Assembly: GCA_030390025.1 (NCBI GenBank)
Contig: JASTWF010000180.1
Coordinates: 62,001-126,000 of the forward strand
DNA length: 64,000 nt
Origin: Squalus acanthias
Lineage: Eukaryota
Direction of reading: 5' to 3'
In this document: positions 25,018 through 37,090 of the stretch, in pieces
Numbering within the stretch: the stretch's first letter is position 1
Layout of the letters: every line of letters begins with the position of its first letter
The notes under the pieces: model-generated
Database searches by the model: none
Told to the model about the DNA's origin: nothing
The model's input: only the letters and a program-made list of their open reading frames with translations
Position numbers and translations under genes: made by a program

Positions 25018-25140
25018 GGTTTTTGTACGTGATCCTCGACATCTCTGTGGCATTGTGGGTTCATGGCACAGAAATACACGGCGGTGTCGGAGATCAGGGG
25101 TTTGCCGATCGTTAGCTCGGTAATCTTGACACTCTCATTA
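25018..25140 (-). pseudogene. orphan V 3' fragment with RSS
   Basis: ITELTIGKPLISDTAVYFCAMN; CACAATG (25051-25057), 24-bp spacer, ACAAAAACC (25018-25026). Confidence 0.85.
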
Positions 25141-25310
25141 TTACACTGCTTTTTCTCCTTCTCTTTCTCATTCTTTCTTTCGTTTTCACTTTCTTTTCCA
25201 CTGTATATTTTACAACTCTCTTCATTTCTCACTTTCTTCAAATCTTTATCTTCTACCAATCGCGTTTTTCCAAACACAGCAGAGCAGGTTTCTGTGTTTG
25301 TTGCACTGTG

Positions 25311-25644
25311 GGCTCACGAAGCAGAGATCGGTGGCGGTGTCTGTCACTCGCGCTTCTCTCACAGTCAGGGCAGTGAGTTCGTTGCCTCCCCCGATTGAAG
25401 CACTGATCCTTCCGTGTTGATCGGCCCCGCTTGTGGCCATCACCAGATGCTGGAGGGTCTGATCCGGGTTCTGTCTGTACCAGTGCAGGAAGGTAAACGC
25501 AGCGACAGTGGTGCAGTTGATGGATACGCTTCTCTCTTCACTAACAACCACCCGCCGAGGGAGCTGCGTCACCTCATCCTCGCCGCTCACATCCGTGCAG
25601 ATCAGAGTGTAAATCAGCAGGGAAACTCTGTAAATCCGGAGCAT
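25311..25644 (-). CDS. single-exon leader+V TCR V gene, probably non-functional
   Basis: MLRIYRVSLLIYTLICTDVSG contiguous with EDEVTQ..INC..WYRQ..TDTATDLC; heptamer CACAGTG 25304-25310; nonamer-like ACAGAAACC only 8 bp away. Confidence 0.85.
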
Positions 25645-25824
25645 TATCCGATCAGATGAAAAGGAGGCTGAAAATATTGCACGCGAAGGTTTGGTTAGAG
25701 CCAGGACACCGATATTATATTCAGCAGCATTAACAAAGAGACAAACTCCCGCTTTACTCAGAGGCTTCTTCCTGTCTAACTAACGAAACAAGCTCAGTCT
25801 CGGGGATTACCCAGCCCGGGCGGC

Positions 25825-26620
25825 CCACACTCAGTGTTTCTCAGTAACGCCAGCTCACATTGTCTCTGCCCACACACAGGGAAGCCCACACTCAGTTTTT
25901 ATCACTAACACCAGCACAAACTCTCTCTGAGCTCACACCGGCCTCCCACATTAAGTATTTCTCACTGACACTAGCTCGCACTGTCTCTGAACTCACACCG
26001 GCCGCTCACACTCAGTGTTTCTCACTGACACCAGCTCACACTGTCTGTGAACTCACACCGGGCCGCTCACACTCAGTGTTTCTCACTGACACCAGCTCAC
26101 ACTGTCTCTGAGCTCACACAGGGCCGCCCACACTCAGTGTTTCTCACTGACACCAGCTCACACTGTCTCTGAGCTCACACCGGGCCGCCCACACTCAGTG
26201 TTTCTCACTGACACCAGCTCACACTGTCTCTGAGCTCACACCGGGCCGCTCACACTCAGTGTTTCTCACTGACACCAGCTCACACTGTCTCTGAGCTCAC
26301 ACCGGGCCGCCCACACTCAGTGTTTCTCACTGACACCAGCTCACACTGTCTCTGAGCTCACACCGGGCCGCCCACACTCAGGGTTTCTCACTGACACCAG
26401 CTCACACTGTCGCTGAGCTCACACCGGGGCGCTCACACTCACTGTTTCTCACTGACACCAGCTCACACTGTCTCTGAGCTCACACCGGGGCGCTCAAACT
26501 CAGTGTTTCTCACTGACACCAACTCACATTGTCTCTGAACTCTCACCAGGCCGCCCACATTCAGTGTTTCACTGACACCACCTCACACTGTCTCTGAGCT
26601 CACACCTGGCCGCTCACAGT
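25825..26620. repeat. 61-bp minisatellite, ~13 units
   Basis: cacactcagtgtttctcactgacaccagctcacactgtctctgagctcacaccgggccgcc. Confidence 0.95.
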
Positions 26621-27059
26621 TTCACATTGCCCTCTTGTCTCGAGTACTGGTAATTGCGTGGTGCAATTTGTGACGCCAATTCCCGAAATGTTGTAATTCA
26701 CGAGCTAATGACAAATGAGCTGAGCTACTTGCTTCTTCTCGGGATGGCTCCGTCATCCAGAGAGTTTCTACCTCTCGCCTTCCGTTGTAACATCTAATGA
26801 TTCCAATGTATTGCCTCCCCCATTCTAACTTGGAAGAATACACGTGAGATTACAGTCGAATGGCCGAAAGACATGACCCAACCCCCGAGGCCCGTGACGG
26901 ACTTTGACAGGCACACGAACCTTAAACCCACAGGTTGTGTGGAGTTTTCCTTTCATATCACAAGACGTGGAGATTAGGAACTGATCCTATTGGAAGATGC
27001 TCAATGTTCATTGAAGGAAGTTTTTTTCAATTGATTCAAGCACCTTCGCGTTGCACCCC

Positions 27060-27506
27060 TGGAGCTGTGGGGAATTGTATGTCTGTTTAACTACTTTGAT
27101 TTACTTCTCAGGTAAGTTTTGAGGGTGACGGGCTGATTCTGGGGGATAGACACAGTGAAGTGCCAATGTTTAATTTAATATCGCTCTGGGCTGTTGCAGG
27201 ATATTATCGAGGCGACTCCCTTTCACAGACACCAGCTGCAACCACAGTACGTGAAGGAGACGATGTTCAGTTCCACTGTAATTATACAGCTACAAGCACC
27301 GTCAACCCTTACCAATTCTGGTACCGTCAGTATCCCAGCGAATCCATAGAGTATCTGCTGAAGAGAAACAAATACAAAGAGCACCAAGAGACAGTTCCAG
27401 GGGACCGTTTATCAGCGAAGATCAATGATTTGAACCGAACCATCCCGCTGAAAGTGTCTCAAACACAACTGACAGACTCCGCGGTGTATTACTGTGCACT
27501 GAGCCC
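27060..27506 (+). CDS. single-copy TCR alpha/delta V; V exon 27200-27506 intact, leader exon lacks in-frame ATG
   Basis: GDSLSQTPAA..FHCNY..FWYRQYP..DSAVYYCALS; donor g|gtaagt at 27111; RSS CACAGAG-23-ACAAAAACT (27507-27545). Confidence 0.88.
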
Positions 27507-27719
27507 CACAGAGACACGGAGCTGGCCTCGACATTGACAAAAACTGTCAGAGCGTCGCTCAGCATATCAGCGCGTCAGGGGAGCATTGTGATCAGGAGCG
27601 AGGTTGAGCTGGTCCCTATATTTATGATTAGATCTTCGGCTGTTAATTATAATATATATATACTTTTAGTTATAATAAATATATGATAGAAATATACAAA
27701 TGCAGTTACACGAGTAAAG

Positions 27720-28165
27720 AAAGAAAGAGTATTGATAGAGGCCTTTCACGACATCCCAACATGTTTAACAGCCGATGAAGTACTTTTGAATTGTAACCAC
27801 TGTTGTAATGTAGGAAACGCGATAGCCAATTAGCGTGCAGCAAGCTCCCACAAACAGTAATGTCATAATGACCAGATAATATGCCTTAGTGATGTTGATT
27901 GAGGGACAAATTTTGGTCAGGATTTGAGGAGAAATCCTCTGTTCTTTTTCGAAATAGTGGGGTCTATTAAATTGCCTGAGAGAGCAGATAGCGCGAGGTA
28001 TAACGTCTCATTCAAAAGATAGCACCCCTGAGAGTGCAGCACCCCTTCAGTACTGGCGCCGGGAGGGTCTGCCCAGATTTTGTGCTCAAATCCCTGCAAT
28101 ATGAATTGAACCCATAACATTCTGACTCAGAGGCGAGAGTTCTACCAACTGAGACACGGCAGACA
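27720..28165 (-). mobile_element. old tRNA-derived SINE (SacSINE1/DeuSINE-like)
   Basis: Minus-strand head ccgtgtctcagttggtagaactctcgcctctgagtcagaa..gggttcaa; family name from memory. Confidence 0.55.
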
Positions 28166-30389
28166 CCTGGTTCTTGTAGATTAGACATTAAACTATTTAT
28201 ATTAATACATACTTAGCTGCATTAATTATAAATATATATATATATAAAATATATATTCACTCACCTGCACAGCTCCATTGCTCAAATCTTTAACCATGGA
28301 GGATAGACAGACACTGAGCTTGTCCACCGTGGGGGGCTCACTCACCTGTATGGTACAATGCTCCTTTCACTCATCTACCTGCATTTGTATATATATAAAT
28401 ATACATATAATTATACATACATATATATTCATACAAATGTAGGTAGATGAGTGAAAGGCCTTTATAGAGGTAACAAGGCTGATGACTGACAAACAGGTGG
28501 CCAGCAGCCTGTCTGGGCCTCAATTATTTGTTCTCCGGGAGCAAGGGGAACCAGTCTGCACCAGGGTTATCCCAGGTCAACTACACGCAGAAAGGAATCA
28601 CCGAAACTGGGAAATGCAGGAGGAAAAACATTCTTACTGTCTGGAGCATGTACATAAAGATCACGGACATTCGTCGCAAGTTGAACTGAAATTAAATGAA
28701 AGTCAATTGTTGTGAATGTGGGTTGTGGGTTATTGTTGCTTGTTGTGCAGATTAGAAAGGGTCAAATCTGCGAGCGGAAGCTGTGAATTTGCCAGCTCCA
28801 ATTCATCTGATTAATGTTTCTGTCCTGTAAGTGTTGTCGTAGAAAGCACGACATTTGCCATCTGCATCAGCGTCAGCGCAACATCTCCCCAAAATTGGGC
28901 CCTGGAAACGTCCCCACAGATGCGCTGACAGTGTGTTTTCACCCAGTATCCGAACAGTGTAAAAGTTCTCATCATATCCGCCAGAGGGCGCCGTGGTCAC
29001 ATGTTTCTCGCTGCTCCCTCAGGATTCGTACTTGTGCAGGTGAGTGTGCCCCCCACGGTGTCTCAGCCCAGTGCCTGGCTGTCTTCCATGGTTAACAATT
29101 TGAGCAATGGAACTGTGCAGGTGATTGAGCCACCCACGGCGGATCAGCCCCATCAATGTCTGCTCTCCATGCTTAAATATCTGAGCATTGTACCGATACA
29201 GGTGAGGGAGGCTTCCCACAGTTGTCCAGCTCAGGGTCTGTCTGTCCTCCATGGTTGAAGATTGGAGCAATGGAGCTGTGCAGGTGAGTGAAACCACCTC
29301 CATAGATCAGCCCTTAGTCTGTCTGTACACTTTGAGCGAGCTACCCAAAGGAGTGAGATAGATAAAGGTGAGACTGAGCACAGTGAGTGATGCAGAGAGA
29401 CACCAAAATCAGGGAGTGAGCTAAAGGTCTGACTGAGTACAGTAATACAGAGAGATACCAACAGAGGGAGATTGAATAAGACGTGTATTTATAAATATAA
29501 AGACACAGAAAGGGAACAGGTTAATAAGGGTTGTGCTGACTATTCCACCATTGGGATGACCCCTGAAGCCGTGCAGCGGGGCAAAGGGGTCGGAACTGTT
29601 CAGTGTAATACAAATGGACAATGCGAGGGCTGAGTAAACACAGCCTGACTGAGGTAGAGTGACTCACACGGACACAGGGCCAGAGAGACTGAATCTCAGG
29701 GATACTCACACGGACTGTAGACTGCACGGTGTCACCTGGGGACATGGGAATGGGTGGGAATCTGTGGAAAGCATAGGGAATGAGGGAGATGGGGAGAAAT
29801 GAGCAGAACAGATGGTGAATATCATTGTAAACAGAGGTAGAAATTAACTGACATGTAACAGAAAAATAAACAGCTGGTTACAATAAAACAAAGAAACTGA
29901 TGAAAAAGGAGAATGGAAGTGACTGAATGAAATGAAGATCTGAGCAATGTACCTGTGCAGGGGTATAAGGGCCCTCACGGTGGCTCAGCTCAGTGCCTGT
30001 CTGTACTCAATGGTTGAACGTTTTTACCCAGGCTGCATCCCTTAGACCCGGATCCGAGCGGGAGAGGTGCCACACAGGCTCAGGTAGGAACCACTCAGGA
30101 CACTGCCACATGGAAGACTGTCCATCACCGCACCCCCCACCCCCACCGGCTACAGACCGTCTTACCATAGACTCTGCCATAGGTGGAAGGCGGTGTCTGA
30201 GATGCAGACAGCCGTTAAATAGTAGGTGAGGGCTCTGGAATGGGCTAATGGGGGTTTTGAGTTGCAAGCCTCTGCTATATCAGGAGAGGTCCGAGCCACC
30301 GAGCTACAGTCAGGTTGATGAATGTCTCTATTTGTAAACTCTCTGTCTCACTGCACATGTATTTAAAATGAGTTGTACAACGGTGAAAT

Positions 30390-31770
30390 ATAAACAGAGG
30401 CATGGTCTAGTGTCGTAATTACTGAGACTGGGCTTAGTGTAATATAAAAACAGGGACATGGTCTGGTGTAGCAATAGCTGAGACCAGCCCTAGTGTAATA
30501 TAAACAGAGACATCGTCTCGTGTAATATAAACAGAGACATGGTCTAGTGCAGTAATAGCGGAGACAAGCCCTACTGTATTATAAACAGAGGCAGCACCTA
30601 GTGTTAGATAAAAAGAGACAGCGCATAGTGTAATACAAACAGAGACAGGGCCTACTGTAATATAAACAGTGATAGGACCTAGTGTAATATAAACAGAGAC
30701 AGGGCCTACTGTAAAATAAACAGAGACAGGGTCTACTGTAATATAAACAGAGACAGGGTCTAGTGTAATATAAACAGAGACAGAACCTTGTGTAATATAA
30801 ACAGAGACAGGGCCTACTGTAAAATAAACAGAGACAGGACCTAGTATAATATAAACAGAAACAGGACCTGGTGTTATATAAACAAAGACAGGGTCTACTG
30901 CAGTGATAACTGAGACAGAGCATAGTGTAATATAAGCAGAGACATGGTCTAGTGCATTGATAACTGAGACAAGGCCTACTGTTACGTAAACACAGGCATG
31001 GCCCAGTGCAGAGATAACTGAGACAGTGCTTAGTGTAATATATAAAAAAAAGGCATGAACTAGTGCAGCAATAGCTGAGACAAGGCCCAGTGTAACATAA
31101 AAAGTGGCAGGATCTAGTGTAATATAAACAGAGACAAGGCCCAGTGTAATATAAACAGAGACAGGGCTTCGTGCAATATAAACAGAGACAGGGTCCAGTG
31201 TAATATAAACAGAGACAGGGTCTAGTGTAATATAAACAGAGACAGGGTCTCGTGTAATATAAAATGAGACAGGGTCCAGTGTAATACAAACAGAGACAGG
31301 GTCTAGTGTAATATAAACAGAGACAGGGTCTAGTGTAATTTCAACAGAGACAGGGTCTAGTGTATTATAAACTGAGACAGGGTCTAGTGTAATATAAACA
31401 GAGGCAGGGTCTCGTGTAATATAAGCAGAGAAATGTTCCAGTGTAATATAAACAGTGACAGTGTCTAGTGTAATATAAACAGAGACAGGGTCCAATGTAA
31501 TACGAACAGAGTCAGGTTCTAGTGTAATATAAACAGAGACAGGGTCCAGTGTAATATAAAGAGAGACAGGGTCTAGTGTAATATAAACAGAGACAAGGCC
31601 CAGTGAATTATCAACAGAGACAGGGTCTAGTGTAATATAAACAGAGACAGGGTCTAGTGTAATATAAACAGAGACAGGGTCTAGTGTAATATAAACAGAG
31701 ACAGGGTCGAGTGTAATACAAATATAGACAGGGTCGAGTGTAATATAAACAGGGACATGGTCTAGTACAG
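30390..31770. repeat. 27-bp minisatellite, expanded inverted paralog of 3730-4590
   Basis: (tgtaatataaacagagacagggtctag)n. Confidence 0.95.
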
Positions 31771-31821
31771 AAATTGTTTGGATTGCGACCAATAATCTCC
31801 ATATAATGTATTTTCTTGCAG

Positions 31822-31947
31822 ATCGTGTGGTACATCATCCAACTGTTATCGTCAACCTGAGTTCAAGTGAAGAAATCACCAGCAGCAGTTCTGCAACCGT
31901 GTTCAATCATCGATTTCAAGCCAAAGTCAATGACCGTGAGTTGGCTT
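31822..31947 (+). pseudogene. IgH (IgM CH2-like) constant exon relic, copy 2
   Basis: ttttcttgcag|at; DRVVHHPTVIVNLSSSEEITSSSSATV, frameshift, CSIIDFKPKSMTVSWL. Confidence 0.75.
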
Positions 31948-34900
31948 CCCCGGACAGATTAATTCAGCAATTTAACCTGATTGATTTCTGAAAATTCTAG
32001 AAGATTGGAAATCACGGAGTTGCTGATAAACAGGTGCCAGACCAGCTGGTGGCTGACCTTATCTCCAGTACCTTAGTTCAGCCGTTTTTGGTCGATTGTG
32101 TGTGTTAATTGCTGAATAACACGGGCAGAGATCGACGTTTCCAGAATGGTTCGGACGCGTGATTCCTGGGTGTTTGCTGCCATCTATTGGAATAAGTCAA
32201 TATTGCTCCCCGGTCATTTTGCCTTCAATTCGGTGAAGTGCTGTTTCCAAGTCACATTCGGACATTCAGAAGGCGATTGTGCCAAAACGGTTGTGGTAAT
32301 GAACCAGTTTTCTTTAGTACTAGAAAAAACACAGTTAATAATTCAAGTTGCTAACAATCTTACCAGCTAAGGCAATAGATACAATAGAACTGATATTTCT
32401 CGTTCCTATTGGGAGCAGCGTTAACCTGTTGTTCCTTGACTGCTTCAAGCTTGTACCTTTCAAGTGCTTTGATCTTTTGTGTTATAGTCTTAGTAACGTT
32501 TAAGTAACGTGATGATAACATGTCAACACCCCATAATTAATACATAACATGTTAACCCATTAAAACATCTTGTAAATTATGAAATTCTCTCTAATGAGTC
32601 TGTACGGCGTTACCTCGTCTTTGTACTTGGTTCTTTATACGGTTTGAACCTCACTATCTCGTCTTTTCTTATATCTTCCATATTAGCCTTTTTTATTCAG
32701 TCGGTTCCTCTATCTATCTGGCCCGGAGCCTGGAAGACACCACGTCTGTTCTTACAGGTTATAAGCCATTAAACTTCGTTTGCAGCTTCTAATTTTGTCC
32801 TGATTTTTACCACTGGAATCTCCTTATAATGCAGATTGTTAGTTTTAACATGTGCAAGTGTCTTTAATAGTGAGAAATGTTTAATAACGTTATTAGAATT
32901 ATTAGAGTCTTCCCCGATCGACCTATCACCGTCTACACTGTAGACTGATATTTTAAACGAATCACTATTTGTCCGTTTGCCGTGAGTGTTTGACAAATCT
33001 TTTAGAATTTTTTGAGGTTTGAGCTAGCAGTATAGATAAGGGGGGACCAGTTGATGTGGTGCATTTGTATTTTCAGAAGGCATTCGATAAGTTGCCACAC
33101 AAGAGGTTCTAAAAGAAAATTAGGGCTCATGGGATTGGGGATAGTATACTAGCATGGATTGAGGATTCGTTAACGTACAGAAAACAGAGAGTAGGAATAA
33201 AGGGCTCATTATCGGGTTGGCAGGCTGTAACTAGTGGGTTACCGAAAGGATCAGTGCTTGGACCTCAGCTATTCACAATCTACATCAATGATATGGATGA
33301 GTGGACCAAATGTAATATATCCAACTTTGCTGATGTTACAAAGCTGGGTGGGAATGTAAGTTGCGAGGAGGATGTGAGGAAGCTACAAGGGGATATAAAC
33401 AGGCTAAGTGAGTGAGCAAGAACTTGGCAAATGGAATATAATGTGGAGAAATGTGAAGTTATCCACTTTGGTAGGAAAAATAGAAAAGCAGAGTATTTTT
33501 GAAATGTTGACAGATTGGGAAATGTTGGTGTTCAGAGGGCCCTGTGTGTCCTTGTACATGAATCACTGAAAGTTAACATGCAGGTACAGCAAACAATTAG
33601 GAAAGCACGTGGTATGTTGTCATTTTTACAAGAGGATTTGTGTATAAGAGTACAGCCGTCTTACTGCAATTATATAGGGCCCTGGTGAGACCACACCTGG
33701 ACTAATGTGTACAGTTCTGATCTCCTTACCTAAGGAAAGATATACTTGCAATAGAGGCAGTGCAACGAAGGTTCACCAGACTGGTTCCTAGGTTGAGGGG
33801 ATTGTCCTATGAGGAGAGATTGAGTAGACTTGGCCTATATTCTCTGGAGTTTAGAAGAATAAGATGTGATCTCATTGAAACATACAAAATTCTTACAGGG
33901 CTTGAGAGGGTAGATGCAGCGAGGATGATTCCCCTGGCTGGGGAGTTCCTCTCTTTCATCAGACCCTATGTTCCCCAGAGATGTCGGGGAACATAGGGTC
34001 TGATGAAAGGGAGGAACTGAAAGAAATCAGTATTTGTAGGGAAATGCTGTTAGGGAAATTGGCGGGTTTGAAGTCCGTAAAATCCCCAGGGCCTGATAAT
34101 CTACATCCTAGGGTACTTAAGGTAGTCGCCCTAGAAATATTGATGCATTGCTGATCATCTTCCAACATGCGATGGAATCTGGAACAATACCCATGGATTG
34201 GAGGGTAGCTAATGTTACCCCACTATTCAAAAAAGGTGGTAGAGAGAAAACGGGGAATTACAGACCGGTAAGCCTGACATCGGTAGTGGGGAAAATGCTA
34301 GAGTCCATTACAAAAGATGTAATAGCAGAGCACTTGGAAAACAGTGACAGGATCGGACAAAGTCAACATGGACTTACAAAAGGTAAATCGAGCTTGACTA
34401 ATCTACCGGAATTTTTTGAGGATGTAACTGTTAAAATAGTAAAGGGAGAACCAGTGGATGTGATGTATTTGGACTTTCAAAAGGCTTTCGATTAGGTCCC
34501 GCATAGGAGATTAGCGTGTAAAGTTAAGGCACATGGGATTGGAGGCAAGGTATTGACTTGAATAGAGAACTGATTGGCAGACAGACAGCAAAGATTTGGA
34601 ATAAACAGGTCTTTTTCTGAGTGGCAGGCAGTGACTGGTGGGGTACCGCAGTGATCGGTCCTTGGACCCCAGCTATTCACAATATATATTAATGATCTAG
34701 ACAAGGGAACTGGATGTAATATCTCCAAGTTTGCAGACGGCACAGGGCTGGGTGGGCGTGTGTGCTGTGAGGAGGATGCCGAGAAACTCCAGGATGATTT
34801 GGACAGGTTGGGTGATTGGGCAGAAGTATGGCAGATGCAATATAACGTGTATAAATGCCTGGTTATCCACTTTGGTGTCAAAAACAGGAAGGCAGATTAT

Positions 34901-35165
34901 TATCTGAATGGCAATAGATTGGGAGAAGGGGAAGTGCAACGAGAGCTGAGTGTTCTTGTGCACCAGTCGCTGAAGGTAAGCATGCAGGAGCAGCAGGCGG
35001 TTAAGAAGGCAAATGGTATGTTGGCCTTCGTAGCGAGAGGGTTTGAGTACAGGAACAAGGATGTCTTGCTGCAGTTGTGATGTGGAGATGCCGGCGTTGG
35101 ACTGGGGTGGACAAAAATGAGATGTCGCACCACACCAGGTTATAGTCCAACAGATTTATTTAATT

Positions 35166-35203
35166 TTACAAGCTTTCGGAGCTGTCGCTCCTTCGTCAGG
35201 TAA
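35166..35203 (-). ncRNA. minimal type I hammerhead ribozyme motif
   Basis: ttac CTGACGA a ggagc gaca gctcc GAAA gctt gtaa on the minus strand. Confidence 0.68.
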
Positions 35204-35407
35204 GTTAACAATGAGAGAATCTCCCAGAATTCACAATTTAAACCCAGACAAAATCTATTCACATTATTCGCTACAACAAAGAGCACAGCCAAGACCCCCT
35301 GGGACACATCTCATTGTCTTGGCTGTGCTCTTTGTTGTAGCGAATAATGTGAATAGATTTTGTCTGGGTTTAAATTGTGAATTCTGGGAGATTCTCTCAT
35401 TGCTAAC

Positions 35408-35445
35408 TTACCTGACGAAGGAGCGACAGCTCCGAAAGCTTGTAA
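35408..35445 (+). ncRNA. minimal type I hammerhead ribozyme motif
   Basis: ttac CTGACGA a ggagc gaca gctcc GAAA gctt gtaa. Confidence 0.68.
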
Positions 35446-36079
35446 AATTAAATAAATCTGTTGGACTATAACCTGGTGTTGTGCGACTTCTCATTTTTGC
35501 TGCAGCTGTACAGGGCCTTGGTAAGACCACATCTTGAGTATTGTGTGCAGTTTTGGTCGCCTTGTCTGAGGAAGGAGGTTCTTGCCATGGAAGGAGTTCA
35601 GCGAAGATTCACCAGGCTGATACCTTGCATGGCAGGAATGACGGATGAGGAGAGATTGGTCGATTGGGCTTATACTCGCTGGAGATTAGAAGAATGAGAG
35701 GGGATCCCATTGAAACTTATAAAATTCTGACAGGACTGGACGGACTAGACGCAGGAAGGATTTTCCCGATGGTCGGGGATTCCAGAACCAGGGGTCACAG
35801 TCTAAGGATAAGGGGTAAGCCATTTAGGACAGAAATGAGGAGGAATTTCTTCACCCAGAGAGTGGTGAACCTGTGGAATTCTCTACCACAGAAGGCAGTA
35901 GAGGCCAATTCATTAAATATATTCAAGAAGGAGTTGGATATATTTCTTAAGGCTAAAGGGATCAAGGGATATGGGCAGAAAGCAGGGACAGGGTTCTGAA
36001 TTTGGATGATCAGCCGTGATCGCATTGAATGGCGAAGCAGGCTAGAGGGATCGAAAGGCCTACAGCTGCTCCTATCTTA

Positions 36080-36501
36080 CATAGAAACATAGAATCTAGG
36101 AGCAGGAGTAGGCCATTCGGCCCGTCGAGCCTGCACCACCATTCAATACGATCATGGCTGATCATTCAAATCCAGTACCCTGTCCCTGCTTTAATCCCCA
36201 CAGTACACATATCCCACCCGACCTCCGTAACCCCACGTATTTAATTCCCCCAAACATATCCCATCCTATCCCCATAACCCCACATATTTAATCCCCCCCT
36301 AACACTAAGGGTCAATTTATCATAGCCAAATCAACCTAACCCGCACATTTTTGGACAGTGGGAGGAAACCGGAGCACCCGGAGGAAACCCACGCAGACAC
36401 GGGGAGAATGTGCAAACTCCACACAGACAGTCACCCGAGGTCAGATTCGAACCCGGGTCTCTGGCGCTGTGAGGCACCAGTGCTAACCACTATGCCACCG
36501 T
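36080..36501 (-). mobile_element. HE1-like SINE
   Basis: Reverse complement of the 7456-7915 element. Confidence 0.88.
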
Positions 36502-37090
36502 CTTCTATGATGCTATGTTTCTAGAACCAAGTGTCACAGTCTCAGAATAAGGGGTCGGCCATTTGGCACTGAGATGAGGAGAAATTTCTTCACTCAGTGG
36601 GTGGTGAATCTTTGGAATTCTCTACCCCAGAGGACTGTGGAGGCTTAGTCGTTGAGTATATTCAAGACTGAGATCGATAGGTTTTTGATTACTAAGGAAA
36701 TCGAGAGATATGGGGATAGTGCAGGAAAGTGGAGATGATCTTATTGAATGGCGGAGCAGGCTCGATTGCCCCAAATGGCCTACTCCAACTCTCATTTTTA
36801 CGTTATATCCGAAGCAGCGGTGCATCGATATAACCAGTTCCAGTAACACGCAGGTGTGTTTATTCTCAATGGGACTGGCGAGTTCCCAGAGATACACAAA
36901 TAAACAGCAGCCATTTCTGCCCTCACACAGTTAATCCAATAATCAGGTGGTACCAGAATTCGATGTAAACGGTTTTATATGGTTTATGCTCGGGGTCTGC
37001 GCGCACAGGAATGTAGTCACGAGTCAGTGTCTGATCCGCTGTGATAAACAGCCCACAATAGACAGCAGCTGTGACCCAGAAACCTGCGGC

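Larger units (their letters stand above)
35078..35498. mobile_element. palindromic Penelope-like insertion, ~180-bp arms
   Basis: Near-perfect inverted repeat about 35115-35498; ttgctgcag duplicated on both sides within CR1. Confidence 0.78.
33040..36080 (+). mobile_element. nested CR1/HER1-type LINE fragments
   Basis: WRVANVTPLFKKG..NYRPVSLTS, YLDFQKAFD, RPHLEYCVQFWSP; stops and frameshifts. Confidence 0.92.

Noticed and set aside
24948-25277. 109-aa Lys/Glu-rich protein
   Set aside because: AG-rich low-complexity tract read in frame with a V fragment and through its RSS
24948-25644. NAR-TCR-like tandem two-V receptor
   Set aside because: No D or J between them, different frames, second V is only FR3, and neither looks IgNAR-like
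25825-26620. CRISPR-like array
   Set aside because: Head-to-tail repeats without unique spacers, vertebrate context, no cas genes
30434-31792. 452-aa ORF (ITLDPVSVY repeats) and overlapping Cys/Tyr-rich ORFs
   Set aside because: Translation of a 27-bp minisatellite; the paralog at 3.7-4.6k is not kept open
33040-36080. Active LINE ORF2
   Set aside because: 5'-truncated, nested and broken by stops and frameshifts
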